Part shown: positions 10,701-25,971 of the stretch, one piece after another
How positions within the stretch are numbered: position 1 is the first letter of the stretch
How the letters are laid out: each line of letters opens with the position of its first letter
Assembly (NCBI GenBank): GCA_964057225.1
Contig: OZ059894.1
Coordinates: forward strand, 2,294,001-2,358,000
From: Auanema rhodensis
Taxonomy: Eukaryota; Animalia; Nematoda
Reading direction: 5' to 3'
DNA: 64,000 nt
The notes under the pieces: generated by a model
Told to the model about the DNA's origin: nothing
Database searches by the model: none
Seen by the model: only the letters and a program-made list of their open reading frames with translations
Translations under genes and position numbers: made by a program

Positions 10701-13700
10701 CAAGGCAAAGACGATGGACATTGTTATTCAACGAAAAAATCAATTCTTCAGGGTGAAAATCGAGGATCTAAGTGTGAACTTATATCAGTTGATATCTCGG
10801 TGCATTTTTAAGCTAGCGCAAATCTGATAACACAGATCGACGCAGCTTAAAAATCCGCATCGAATGCACTATACTACATTGAGAAACGCTCAATACAAAA
10901 TGTAGTTATGATCGTTTGAAAAATGATGCATTAGTGTATGTTGAGTTTCCATGTACACTCAACATTGCTTCCAAAAACATTTTGACAAAAATTTTTTCGA
11001 AAAATTTCAAAATAATTTAGCAAGAAGTAGATGTTTTTAGATTCCTTTTTTCAAGGCAAAGACGATGGACAATGTTATTCAACGAAAAAATAATTTCTTC
11101 AGGGTGAAAATCGAGGATATAAGTGTGAACTTATATCAGTTGATATCTCGGTGCATTTTTAAGCTAGCGCAAATCTGATAACACAGATCGACGCAGCTTG
11201 AAAATCCGCATCGAATGCACTATACTACATTGAGAAACGCTTAATACAAAAATTAGTTATGATTGTTTGAAAAATGATGCATTAGTGTATGTTGAGTTTC
11301 CATGTACACTCAACATAGCTTCCAAAAACATTTTGACAAAAATTTTTTCGAAAAATTTCAAAATAATTTAGCGAAAAGTAGATGTTTTTAGATTCCTTTT
11401 TCAAGGCAAAGACGATGGACAATGTTATTCAACGAAAAAATTAATTCTTCAGGGTGAAAATCGAGGATATAAGTGTGAACTTATATCAGTTGATATCTCG
11501 GTGCATTTTTAAGCTAGCGCAAATCTGATAACACAGATCGACGCAGCTTGAAAATCCGCATCGAATGCACTATACTACATTGAGAAACGCTTAATACAAA
11601 AATTAGTTATGATTGTTTGAAAAATGATGCATTAGTGTATGTTGAGTTTCCATGTACGCTCAACATTGCTTCCAAAAACATTTTGACAAAAATTTTTTCG
11701 AAAAATTTCAAAATAATTTAGCAAAAAGTAGATGTTTTTAGATTCCTTTTTTCAAGGCAAAGACGATGGACAATGTTATTCAACGAAAAAATTAATTCTT
11801 CAGGGTGAAAATCGAGGATATAAGTGTGAACTTATATCAGTTGAGATCTCGGTGCATTTTTAAGCTAGCGCAAATCTGATAACACAGATCGACGCAGCTT
11901 AAAAATCCGCATCGAATGCACTATACTACATTGAAGAACGCTTAATACAAAAATTAGTTATGATCGTTTGAAAAATAATGCATTAGTGTATGTTGAGTTT
12001 CCATGTACGCTCAACATTGCTTCCAAAAACATTTTGACAAAAATTTTTTCGAAAAATTTCAAAATAATTTAGCAAAAAGTAGATGTTTTTAGATTCCTTT
12101 TTTCAAGGCAAAGACGATGGACAATGTTATTCAACGAAAAAATTAATTCTTCAGGGTGAAAATCGAGGATATAAGTGTGAACTTATATCAGTTGAGATCT
12201 CGGTGCATTTTTAAGCTAGCGCAAATCTGATAACACAGATCGACGCAGCTTAAAAATCCGCATCGAATGCACTATACTACATTGAAGAACGCTTAATACA
12301 AAAATTAGTTATGATCGTTTGAAAAATAATGCATTAGTGTATGTTGAGTTTCCATGTACACTCAACATAGCTTCCAAAAACATTTTGACAAAAATTTTTT
12401 CGAAAAATTTCAGAATAATTTAGCAAAAAGTAGATGTTTTTAGATTTCTTTTCTCAAGGCAAAGACGATGGACAATGTTATTCAACGAAAAAATTAATTC
12501 TTCAGGGTGAAAATCGAGGATATAAGTGTGAACTTATATCAATTGATATCTCGGTGCATTTTTAAGCTAGCGCAAATCTGATAACACAGATCGACGCAGC
12601 TTGAAAATCCGCATCGAATGCACTATACTACATTGAGAAACGCTTAATACAAAAATTAGTTATGATTGTTTGAAAAATGATGCATTAGTGTATGTTGAGT
12701 TTCCATGTACGCTCAACATTGCTTCCAAAAGCATTTTGACAAAAATTTTTTCGAAAAATTTCAAAATAATTTAGCAAAAAGTAGATGTTTTTAAATTTCT
12801 TTTCTCAAGGCAAAGACGATGGACAATGTTATTCAACGAAAAAATTAATTCTTCAGGGTGAAAATCGAGGATATAAGTAAGAACATATATCAGTTGATAT
12901 CTCGGTGCATTTTTAAGCTAGCGCAAATCTGATAACACAGACCGACGCAGCTTAAAAATCCGCATCGAATGCACTATTCTACATTAAGAAACGCTCAATA
13001 CAAAAATTAGTTATGATCGTTTGAAAAATGATGCATTAGTGTATGTTGAGTTTCCATGTACAATCAACATTGCTTCCAAAAACATTTTGACAAAAATTTT
13101 TTCGAAAAATTTCAAAATAATTTAGCAAAAAGTAGATGTTTTTAAATTTCTTTTCTCAAGGCAAAGACGATGGACAATGTTATTCAACGAAAAAATTAAT
13201 TCTTCAGGGTGAAAATCGAGGATATAAGTGTGAACTTATATCAGTTGATATCTCGGTGCATTTTTAAGCTAGCGCAAATCTGATAACACAGACCGACGCA
13301 GCTTAAAAATCCGCATCGAATGCACTATTCTACATTAAGAAACGCTCAATACAAAAATTAGTTATGATCGTTTGAAAAATGATGCATTAGTGTATGTTGA
13401 GTTTCCATGTACAATCAACATTGCTTCCAAAAACATTTTGACAAAAATTTTTTCGAAAAATTTCAAAATAATTTAGCAAAAAGTAGATGTTTTCAGATTT
13501 TTTTTTTCAAGGCAAAGACCATGGACAATGTTATTCAACGAAAAAATTAATTCTTCAGGGTGAAAATCGAGGATATAAGTGTGAACTTATATCAGTTGAT
13601 ATCTCGGTGCATTTTTAAGCTAGCGCAAATCTGATAACACAGATCGACGCAGCTTAAAAATCCGCATCGAATGCACTATACTACATTGAAAAACGCTTAA

Positions 13701-15934
13701 TAAAAAAATTAGTTATGATGGTTTGAAAAATGATGCATTAGTGTATATTGAGTTTCCATGTACACTCAACATTGCTTCCAAAAACATTTTGACAAAAATT
13801 TTTTCGAAAAATTTCAGAATAATTTAGCAAAAAGTAGATGTTTTTAGATTTCTTTTCTCAAGGCAAAGACGATGGACAATGTTATTCAACGAAAAAATTA
13901 ATTCTTCAGGGTGAAAATCGAGGATATAAGTAAGAACATATATCAGTTGATATCTCGGTGCATTTTTAAGCTAGCGCAAATCTGATAACACAGATCGACG
14001 CAGCTTAAAAATCCGCATCAAATGCACTATACTACATTGAGAAACGTTCAATACAAAAATTAGTTATGATCGTTTGAAAAATGATGAATTAGTGTATGTT
14101 GAGTTTCCATGTACACTCAACATTGCTTCCAAAAACATTTTGACAAAAATTTTTTCGAAATATTTCAAAATAATTTAGCAAAAAGTAGATGTTTTTAGAT
14201 TCCTTTTTTCAAGGCAAAGACGATGGACAATGTTTTTCAACGAAAAAATTAATTCTTCAGGGTGAAAATCGAGGATATAAGTGTGAACTTATATCAGTTG
14301 ATATCTCGGTGCATTTTTAAGCTAGCGCAAATCTGATAACACAGATCGACGCAGCTTAAAAATCCGCATCGAATGCACTATACTACATTGAGAAACGCTT
14401 AATACAAAAATTAGTTATGATCGTTTGAAAAATGATGCATTAGTGTATGTTGAGTTTCCATGTACACTCAACATATCTTCCAAAAACATTTTGACAAAAA
14501 TTTTTTCGAAAAATTTCAGGATAATTTAGCAAAAAGTAGATGTTTTTAGATTTCTTTTCTTAAGGCAAAGACGATGGACAATGTTATTCAACGAAAAAAT
14601 TAATTCTTCAGGGTGAAAATCGAGGATATAAGTGTGAACTTATATCAGTTGATATCTCGGTGCATTTTTAAGCTAGCGCAAATCTGATAACACAGATCGA
14701 CGCAGCTTAAAAATCCGCATCGAATGCACTATACTACATTGAGAAACGCTCAATACAAAATGTAGTTATGATCGTTTGAAAAATGATGCATTAGTGTATG
14801 TTGAGTTTCCATGTACACTCAACATTGCTTCCAAAAACATTTTGACAAAAATTTTTTCGAAAAATTTCAAAATAATTTAGCAAGAAGTAGATGTTTTTAG
14901 ATTCCTTTTTTCAAGGCAAAGACGATGGACAATGTTATTCAACGAAAAAATAATTTCTTCAGGGTGAAAATCGAGGATATAAGTGTGAACTTATATCAGT
15001 TGATATCTCGGTGCATTTTTAAGCTAGCGCAAATCTGATAACACAGATCGACGCAGCTTAAAAATCCGCATCGAATGCACTATACTACATTGAGGAACGC
15101 TTAATACAAAAATTAGTTATGATCGTTTGAAAAATAATGCATTAGTGTATGTTGAGTTTCCATGTACACTCAACATAGCTTCCAAAAACATTTTGACAAA
15201 AATTTTTTCGAAAAATTTCAAAATAATTTAGCGAAAAGTAGATGTTTTTAGATTCCTTTTTTCAAGGCAAAGACGATGGACATTGTTATTCAACGAAAAA
15301 ATCAATTCTTCAGGGTGAAAATCGAGGATCTAAGTGTGAACTTATATCAGTTGATATCTCGGTGCATTTTTAAGCTAGCGCAAATCTGATAACACAGATC
15401 GACGCAGCTTAAAAATCCGCATCGAATGCACTATACTACATTGAGGAACGCTTAATACAAAAATTAGTTATGATCGTTTGAAAAATAATGCATTAGTGTA
15501 TGTTGAGTTTCCATGTACACTCAACATAGCTTCCAAAAATATTTTGACAAAAATTTTTTCGAAAAATTTCAAAATAATTTAGCGAAAAGTAGATGTTTTT
15601 AGATTCCTTTTTTCAAGGCAAAGACGATGGACATTGTTATTCAACGAAAAAATCAATTCTTCAGGGTGAAAATCGAGGATCTAAGTGTGAACTTATATCA
15701 GTTGATATCTCGGTGCATTTTTAAGCTAGCGCAAATCTGATAACACAGATCGACGCAGCTTAAAAATCCGCATCGAATGCACTATACTACATTGAGAAAC
15801 GCTCAATACAAAATGTAGTTATGATCGTTTGAAAAATGATGCATTAGTGTATGTTGAGTTTCCATGTACACTCAACATTGCTTCCAAAAACATTTTGACA
15901 AAAATTTTTTCGAAAAATTTCAAAATAATTTAGC
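4725..15934. repeat. Tandem duplication with a 16-monomer period (5615 bp = 16x351-1)
   Basis: Rare markers lie exactly 5615 bp apart: TTAGTTTCC 5071/10686, T deletion 5782/11397, CCATGG 7904/13519, CGAAATATTT 8541/14156, TCAGGAT 8901/14516, AAAATATTTT 9921/15536. Confidence 0.93.
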
Positions 15935-18900
15935 AAGAAGTAGATGTTTTTAGATTCCTTTTTTCAAGGCAAAGACGATGGACAATGTTATTCAACGAAA
16001 AAATAATTTCTTCAGGGTGAAAATCGAGGATATAAGTGTGAACTTATATCAGTTGATATCTCGGTGCATTTTTAAGCTAGCGCAAATCTGATAACACAGA
16101 TCGACGCAGCTTAAAAATCCGCATCGAATGCACTATACTACATTGAGGAACGCTTAATACAAAAATTAGTTATGATCGTTTGAAAAATAATGCATTAGTG
16201 TATGTTGAGTTTCCATGTACACTCAACATAGCTTCCAAAAACATTTTGACAAAAATTTTTTCGAAAAATTTCAAAATAATTTAGCGAAAAGTAGATGTTT
16301 TTAGATTCCTTTTTTCAAGGCAAAGACGATGGACATTGTTATTCAACGAAAAAATCAATTCTTCAGGGTGAAAATCGAGGATCTAAGTGTGAACTTATAT
16401 CAGTTGATATCTCGGTGCATTTTTAAGCTAGCGCAAATCTGATAACACAGATCGACGCAGCTTAAAAATCCGCATCGAATGCACTATACTACATTGAGGA
16501 ACGCTTAATACAAAAATTAGTTATGATCGTTTGAAAAATAATGCATTAGTGTATGTTGAGTTTCCATGTACACTCAACATAGCTTCCAAAAATATTTTGA
16601 CAAAAATTTTTTCGAAAAATTTCAAAATAATTTAGCGAAAAGTAGATGTTTTTAGATTCCTTTTTTCAAGGCAAAGACGATGGACATTGTTATTCAACGA
16701 AAAAATCAATTCTTCAGGGTGAAAATCGAGGATCTAAGTGTGAACTTATATCAGTTGATATCTCGGTGCATTTTTAAGCTAGCGCAAATCTGATAACACA
16801 GATCGACGCAGCTTAAAAATCCGCATCGAATGCACTATACTACATTGAGAAACGCTCAATACAAAATGTAGTTATGATCGTTTGAAAAATGATGCATTAG
16901 TGTATGTTGAGTTTCCATGTACACTCAACATTGCTTCCAAAAACATTTTGACAAAAATTTTTTCGAAAAATTTCAAAATAATTTAGCAAGAAGTAGATGT
17001 TTTTAGATTCCTTTTTTCAAGGCAAAGACGATGGACAATGTTATTCAACGAAAAAATAATTTCTTCAGGGTGAAAATCGAGGATATAAGTGTGAACTTAT
17101 ATCAGTTGATATCTCGGTGCATTTTTAAGCTAGCGCAAATCTGATAACACAGATCGACGCAGCTTAAAAATCCGCATCGAATGCACTATACTACATTGAG
17201 GAACGCTTAATACAAAAATTAGTTATGATCGTTTGAAAAATAATGCATTAGTGTATGTTGAGTTTCCATGTACACTCAACATAGCTTCCAAAAACATTTT
17301 GACAAAAATTTTTTCGAAAAATTTCGAAATAATTTAGCGAAAAGTAGATGTTTTTAGATTCCTTTTTCAAGGCAAAGACGATGGACAATGTTATTCAACG
17401 AAAAAATTAATTCTTCAGGGTGAAAATCGAGGATATAAGTGTGAACTTATATCAGTTGATATCTCGGTGCATTTTTAAGCTAGCGCAAATCTGATAACAC
17501 AGATCGACGCAGCTTGAAAATCCGCATCGAATGCACTATACTACATTGAGAAACGCTTAATACAAAAATTAGTTATGATTGTTTGAAAAATGATGCATTA
17601 GTGTATGTTGAGTTTCCATGTACGCTCAACATTGCTTCCAAAAACATTTTGACAAAAATTTTTTCGAAAAATTTCAAAATAATTTAGCAAAAAGTAGATG
17701 TTTTTAGATTCCTTTTTTCAAGGCAAAGACGATGGACAATGTTATTCAACGAAAAAATTAATTCTTCAGGGTGAAAATCGAGGATATAAGTGTGAACTTA
17801 TATCAGTTGAGATCTCGGTGCATTTTTAAGCTAGCGCAAATCTGATAACACAGATCGACGCAGCTTAAAAATCCGCATCGAATGCACTATACTACATTGA
17901 AGAACGCTTAATACAAAAATTAGTTATGATCGTTTGAAAAATAATGCATTAGTGTATGTTGAGTTTCCATGTACGCTCAACATTGCTTCCAAAAACATTT
18001 TGACAAAAATTTTTTCGAAAAATTTCAAAATAATTTAGCAAAAAGTAGATGTTTTTAGATTCCTTTTTTCAAGGCAAAGACGATGGACAATGTTATTCAA
18101 CGAAAAAATTAATTCTTCAGGGTGAAAATCGAGGATATAAGTGTGAACTTATATCAGTTGAGATCTCGGTGCATTTTTAAGCTAGCGCAAATCTGATAAC
18201 ACAGATCGACGCAGCTTAAAAATCCGCATCGAATGCACTATACTACATTGAAGAACGCTTAATACAAAAATTAGTTATGATCGTTTGAAAAATAATGCAT
18301 TAGTGTATGTTGAGTTTCCATGTACACTCAACATAGCTTCCAAAAACATTTTGACAAAAATTTTTTCGAAAAATTTCAGAATAATTTAGCAAAAAGTAGA
18401 TGTTTTTAGATTTCTTTTCTCAAGGCAAAGACGATGGACAATGTTATTCAACGAAAAAATTAATTCTTCAGGGTGAAAATCGAGGATATAAGTGTGAACT
18501 TATATCAATTGATATCTCGGTGCATTTTTAAGCTAGCGCAAATCTGATAACACAGATCGACGCAGCTTGAAAATCCGCATCGAATGCACTATACTACATT
18601 GAGAAACGCTTAATACAAAAATTAGTTATGATTGTTTGAAAAATGATGCATTAGTGTATGTTGAGTTTCCATGTACGCTCAACATTGCTTCCAAAAGCAT
18701 TTTGACAAAAATTTTTTCGAAAAATTTCAAAATAATTTAGCAAAAAGTAGATGTTTTTAAATTTCTTTTCTCAAGGCAAAGACGATGGACAATGTTATTC
18801 AACGAAAAAATTAATTCTTCAGGGTGAAAATCGAGGATATAAGTAAGAACATATATCAGTTGATATCTCGGTGCATTTTTAAGCTAGCGCAAATCTGATA

Positions 18901-21900
18901 ACACAGACCGACGCAGCTTAAAAATCCGCATCGAATGCACTATTCTACATTAAGAAACGCTCAATACAAAAATTAGTTATGATCGTTTGAAAAATGATGC
19001 ATTAGTGTATGTTGAGTTTCCATGTACAATCAACATTGCTTCCAAAAACATTTTGACAAAAATTTTTTCGAAAAATTTCAAAATAATTTAGCAAAAAGTA
19101 GATGTTTTCAGATTTTTTTTTTCAAGGCAAAGACGATGGACAATGTTATTCAACGAAAAAATTAATTCTTCAGGGTGAAAATCGAGGATATAAGTGTGAA
19201 CTTATATCAGTTGATATCTCGGTGCATTTTTAAGCTAGCGCAAATCTGATAACACAGATCGACGCAGCTTAAAAATCCGCGTCGAATGCACTATACTACA
19301 TTGAAAAACGCTTAATAAAAAAATTAGTTATGATGGTTTGAAAAATGATGCATTAGTGTATATTGAGTTTCCATGTACACTCAACATTGCTTCCAAAAAC
19401 AATTTGACAAAAATTTTTTCGAAAAATTTCAAAATAATTTAGCAAAAAGTAGATGTATTCAGATTTTTTTTTTCAAGGCAAAGACGATGGACAATGTTAT
19501 TCAACGAAAAAATTAATTCTTCAGGGTGAAAATCGAGGATATAAGTGTGAACTTATATCAGTTGATATCTCGGTGCATTTTTAAGCTAGCGCAAATCTGA
19601 TAACACAGATCGACGCAGCTTAAAAATCCGCATCGAATGCACTATACTACATTGAAAAACGCTTAATAAAAAAATTAGTTATGATGGTTTGAAAAATGAT
19701 GCATTAGTGTATATTGAGTTTCCATGTACACTCAACATTGCTTCCAAAAACATTTTGACAAAAATTTTTTCGAAAAATTTCAAAATAATTTAGCAAAAAG
19801 TAGATGTATTCAGATTTTTTTTTTCAAGGCAAAGACGATGGACAATGTTATTCAACGAAAAAATTAATTCTTCAGGGTGAAAATCGAGGATATAAGTGTG
19901 AACTTATATCAGTTGATATCTCGGTGCATTTTTAAGCTAGCGCAAATCTGATAACACAGATCGACGCAGCTTAAAAATCCGCATCGAATGCACTATACTA
20001 CATTGAGGAACGCTTAATACAAAAATTAGTTATGATCGTTTGAAAAATAATGCATTAGTGTATGTTGAGTTTCCATGTACACTCAACATAGCTTCCAAAA
20101 ACATTTTGACAAAAATTTTTTCGAAAAATTTCAAAATAATTTAGCGAAAAGTAGATGTTTTTAGATTCCTTTTTTCAAGGCAAAGACGATGGACATTGTT
20201 ATTCAACGAAAAAATCAATTCTTCAGGGTGAAAATCGAGGATCTAAGTGTGAACTTATATCAGTTGATATCTCGGTGCATTTTTAAGCTAGCGCAAATCT
20301 GATAACACAGATCGACGCAGCTTAAAAATCCGCATCGAATGCACTATACTACATTGAGAAACGCTCAATACAAAATGTAGTTATGATCGTTTGAAAAATG
20401 ATGCATTAGTGTATGTTGAGTTTCCATGTACACTCAACATTGCTTCCAAAAACATTTTGACAAAAATTTTTTCGAAAAATTTCAAAATAATTTAGCAAGA
20501 AGTAGATGTTTTTAGATTCCTTTTTTCAAGGCAAAGACGATGGACAATGTTATTCAACGAAAAAATAATTTCTTCAGGGTGAAAATCGAGGATATAAGTG
20601 TGAACTTATATCAGTTGATATCTCGGTGCATTTTTAAGCTAGCGCAAATCTGATAACACAGATCGACGCAGCTTGAAAATCCGCATCGAATGCACTATAC
20701 TACATTGAGAAACGCTTAATACAAAAATTAGTTATGATTGTTTGAAAAATGATGCATTAGTGTATGTTGAGTTTCCATGTACGCTCAACATTGCTTCCAA
20801 AAACATTTTGACAAAAATTTTTTCGAAAAATTTCAAAATAATTTAGCAAAAAGTAGATGTTTCTAGATTCCTTTTTTCAAGGCAAAGACGATGGACAATG
20901 TTATTCAACGAAAAAATTAATTCTTCAGGGTGAAAATCGAGGATATAAGTGTGAACTTATATCAGTTGAGATCTCGGTGCATTTTTAAGCTAGCGCAAAT
21001 CTGATAACACAGATCGACGCAGCTTAAAAATCCGCATCGAATGCACTATACTACATTGAAGAACGCTTAATACAAAAATTAGTTATGATCGTTTGAAAAA
21101 TAATGCATTAGTGTATGTTGAGTTTCCATGTACGCTCAACATTGCTTCCAAAAACATTTTGACAAAAATTTTTTCGAAAAATTTCAAAATAATTTAGCAA
21201 AAAGTAGATGTTTTTAGATTCCTTTTTTCAAGGCAAAGACGATGGACAATGTTATTCAACGAAAAAATTAATTCTTCAGGGTGAAAATCGAGGATATAAG
21301 TGTGAACTTATATCAGTTGAGATCTCGGTGCATTTTTAAGCTAGCGCAAATCTGATAACACAGATCGACGCAGCTTAAAAATCCGCATCGAATGCACTAT
21401 ACTACATTGAAGAACGCTTAATACAAAAATTAGTTATGATCGTTTGAAAAATAATGCATTAGTGTATGTTGAGTTTCCATGTACACTCAACATAGCTTCC
21501 AAAAACATTTTGACAAAAATTTTTTCGAAAAATTTCAGAATAATTTAGCAAAAAGTAGATGTTTTTAGATTTCTTTTCTCAAGGCAAAGACGATGGACAA
21601 TGTTATTCAACGAAAAAATTAATTCTTCAGGGTGAAAATCGAGGATATAAGTGTGAACTTATATCAATTGATATCTCGGTGCATTTTTAAGCTAGCGCAA
21701 ATCTGATAACACAGATCGACGCAGCTTGAAAATCCGCATCGAATGCACTATACTACATTGAGAAACGCTTAATACAAAAATTAGTTATGATTGTTTGAAA
21801 AATGATGCATTAGTGTATGTTGAGTTTCCATGTACGCTCAACATTGCTTCCAAAAGCATTTTGACAAAAATTTTTTCGAAAAATTTCAAAATAATTTAGC

Positions 21901-23163
21901 AAAAAGTAGATGTTTTTAAATTTCTTTTCTCAAGGCAAAGACGATAGACAATGTTATTCAACGAAAAAATTAATTCTTCAGGGTGAAAATCGAGGATATA
22001 AGTAAGAACATATATCAGTTGATATCTCGGTGCATTTTTAAGCTAGCGCAAATCTGATAACACAGACCGACGCAGCTTAAAAATCCGCATCGAATGCACT
22101 ATTCTACATTAAGAAACGCTCAACACAAAAATTAGTTATGATCGTTTGAAAAATGATGCATTAGTGTATGTTGAGTTTCCATGTACGCTCAACATTGCTT
22201 CCAAAAGCATTTTGACAAAAATTTTTTCGAAAAATTTCAAAATAATTTAGCAAAAAGTAGATGTTTTTAAATTTCTTTTCTCAAGGCAAAGACGATGGAC
22301 AATGTTATTCAACGAAAAAATTAATTCTTCAGGGTGAAAATCGAGGATATAAGTAAGAACATATATCAGTTGATATCTCGGTGCATTTTTAAGCTAGCGC
22401 AAATCTGATAACACAGACCGACGCAGCTTAAAAATCCGCATCGAATGCACTATTCTACATTAAGAAACGCTCAATACAAAAATTAGTTATGATCGTTTGA
22501 AAAATGATGCATTAGTGTATGTTGAGTTTCCATGTACAATCAACATTGCTTCCAAAAACATTTTGACAAAAATTTTTTCGAAAAATTTCAAATTAATTTA
22601 GCAAAAAGTAGATGTTTTCAGATTTTTTTTTTCAAGGCAAAGACGATGGACAATGTTATTCAACGAAAAAATTAATTCTTCAGGGTGAAAATCGAGGATA
22701 TAAGTGTGAACTTATATCAGTTGATATCTCGGTGCATTTTTAAGCTAGCGCAAATCTGATAACACAGATCGACGCAGCTTAAAAATCCGCATCGAATGCA
22801 CTATACTACATTGAAAAACGCTTAATAAAAAAATTAGTTATGATGGTTTGAAAAATGATGCATTAGTGTATATTGAGTTTCCATGTACACTCAACATTGC
22901 TTCCAAAAACATTTTGACAAAAATTTTTTCGAAAAATTTCAAAATAATTTAGCAAAAAGTAGATGTATTCAGATTTTTTTTTTCAAGGCAAAGACGATGG
23001 ACAATGTTATTCAACGAAAAAATTAATTCTTCAGGGTGAAAATCGAGGATATAAGTGTGAACTTATATCAGTTGATATCTCGGTGCATTTTTAAGCTAGC
23101 GCAAATCTGATAACACAGATCGACGCAGCTTAAAAATCCGCATCGAATGCACTATACTACATT

Positions 23164-25160
23164 GAAAAACGCTTAATAAAAAAATTAGTTATGATGGTTT
23201 GAAAAATGATGCATTAGTGTATATTGAGTTTCCATGTACACTCAACATTGCTTCCAAAAACATTTTGACAAAAATTTTTTCGAAAAATTTCAGAATAATT
23301 TAGCAAAAAGTAGATGTTTTTAGATTCCTTTTTTCAAGGCAAAGACGATGGACATTGTTATTCAACGAAAAAATTAATTCTTCAGGGTGAAAATCGAGGG
23401 TATAAGTAAGAACATCTATCAGTTGATATCTCGGTGCATTTTTAAGCTAGCGCAAATCTGATAACACAGATCGACGCAGCTTAAAAATCCGCATCAAATG
23501 CACTATACTACATTGAGAAACGTTCAATACAAAAATTAGTAATGATCGTTTGAAAAATGATGAATTAGTGTATGTTGAGTTTCCATGTACACTCAACATT
23601 GCTTCCAAAAACATTTTGACAAAAATTTTTTCGAGAAATTTCAAAATAATTTAGCAAAAAGTAGATGTTTTTAGATTCCTTTTTTCAAGGCGAAGACGAT
23701 GGACATTGTTATTCAACGAAAAAATTAATTCTTCAGGGTGAAAATCGAGGATATAAGTAAGAACATCTATCAGTTGATATCTCGGTGCATTTTTAAGCTA
23801 GCGCAAATCTGATAACACAGATCGACGCAGCTTAAAAATCCGCATCAAATGCACTATACTACATTGAGAAACGCTCAATACAAAAATTAGTTATGATCGT
23901 TTGAAAAATGATGAATTAGTGTATGTTGAGTTTCCATGTACACTCAACATTGCTTCCAAAAACATTTTGACAAAAATTTTTTCGAGAAATTTCAAAATAA
24001 TTTAGCAAAAAGTAGGTGTTTTTAGATTTCTTTGTTCAAGGCGAAGACGATGGACATTGTTATTCAACGAAAAAATTAATTCTTCAGGGTGAAAATCGAG
24101 GATATAAGTAAGAACATCTATCAGTTGATATCTCGGTGCATTTTTAAGCTAGCGCAAATCTGATAACACAGATCGACGCAGCTTAAAAATCCGCATCAAA
24201 TGCACTATACTACATTGAAAAACGCTTAATAAAAAAATTAGTTATGATGGTTTGAAAAATGATGCATTAGTGTATATTGAGTTTCCATGTACACTCAACA
24301 TTGCTTCCAAAAACATTTTGACAAAAATTTTTTCGAAAAATTTCAGAATAATTTAGCAAAAAGTAGATGTTTTTAGATTCCTTTTTTCAAGGCAAAGACG
24401 ATGGACATTGTTATTCAACGAAAAAATTAATTCTTCAGGGTGAAAATCGAGGGTATAAGTAAGAACATCTATCAGTTGATATCTCGGTGCATTTTTAAGC
24501 TAGCGCAAATCTGATAACACAGATCGACGCAGCTTAAAAATCCGCATCAAATGCACTATACTACATTGAGAAACGTTCAATACAAAAATTAGTAATGATC
24601 GTTTGAAAAATGATGAATTAGTGTATGTTGAGTTTCCATGTACACTCAACATTGCTTCCAAAAACATTTTGACAAAAATTTTTTCGAGAAATTTCAAAAT
24701 AATTTAGCAAAAAGTAGATGTTTTTAGATTCCTTTTTTCAAGGCGAAGACGATGGACATTGTTATTCAACGAAAAAATTAATTCTTCAGGGTGAAAATCG
24801 AGGATATAAGTAAGAACATCTATCAGTTGATATCTCGGTGCATTTTTAAGCTAGCGCAAATCTGATAACACAGATCGACGCAGCTTAAAAATCCGCATCA
24901 AATGCACTATACTACATTGAGAAACGCTCAATACAAAAATTAGTTATGATCGTTTGAAAAATGATGAATTAGTGTATGTTGAGTTTCCATGTACACTCAA
25001 CATTGCTTCCAAAAACATTTTGACAAAAATTTTTTCGAGAAATTTCAAAATAATTTAGCAAAAAGTAGGTGTTTTTAGATTTCTTTGTTCAAGGCGAAGA
25101 CGATGGACATTGTTATTCAACGAAAAAATTAATTCTTCAGGGTGAAAATCGAGGATATAA
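23164..25160. repeat. 3-monomer-period (1053 bp) tandem duplication
   Basis: The variants GAGGGTATA, AGTAATGAT and GTAGGTG/TTTGTTC repeat at +1053, and the identical ORFs at 23447 and 24500 are 1053 apart. Confidence 0.9.
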
Positions 25161-25971
25161 GTGTGAACATATATCAGTTGATATCTCGGTGCATTTTTAA
25201 GCTAGCGCAAATCTGATAACACAGATCGACGCAGCTTAAAAATCCGCATCGAATGCACTATACTACATTGAGAAACGCTTAATACAAAAATTAGTTATGA
25301 TCGTTTGAAAAATGATGCATTAGTGTATGTTGAGTTTCCATGTACACTCAACATTGCTTCCAAAAACATTTTGACAAAAATTTTTTCGAAAAATTTCAAA
25401 ATAATTTAGCAAAAAGTAGATGTTTTCAGATTTTTTTTTTCAAGGCAAAGACGATGGACAATGTTATTCAACGAAAAAATTAATTCTTCAGGGTGAAAAT
25501 CGAGGATATAAGTGTGAACTTATATCAGTTGATATCTCGGTGCATTTTTAAGCTAGCGCAAATCTGATAACACAGATCGACGCAGCTTAAAAATCCGCAT
25601 CGAATGCACTATACTACATTGAAAAACGCTTAATAAAAAAATTAGTTATGATGGTTTGAAAAATGATGCATTAGTGTATATTGAGTTTCCATGTACACTC
25701 AACATTGCTTCCAAAAACATTTTGACAAAAATTTTTTCGAAAAATTTCAAAATAATTTAGCAAAAAGTAGATGTTTTCAGATTTTTTTTTTCAAGGCAAA
25801 GACGATGGACAATGTTATTCAACGAAAAAATTAATTCTTCAGGGTGAAAATCGAGGATATAAGTGTGAACTTATATCAGTTGATATCTCGGTGCATTTTT
25901 AAGCTAGCGCAAATCTGATAACACAGATCGACGCAGCTTAAAAATCCGCATCGAATGCACTATACTACATT

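Noticed and set aside
23447-23644. 65-aa minus-strand ORF, with copies at 24500-24697 and 29414-29611
   Set aside because: It exists only where the AGTTATG to AGTAATG variant turns a TAA stop into TTA. It has a TTG start and no recognisable domain, and is interrupted in the other monomers.
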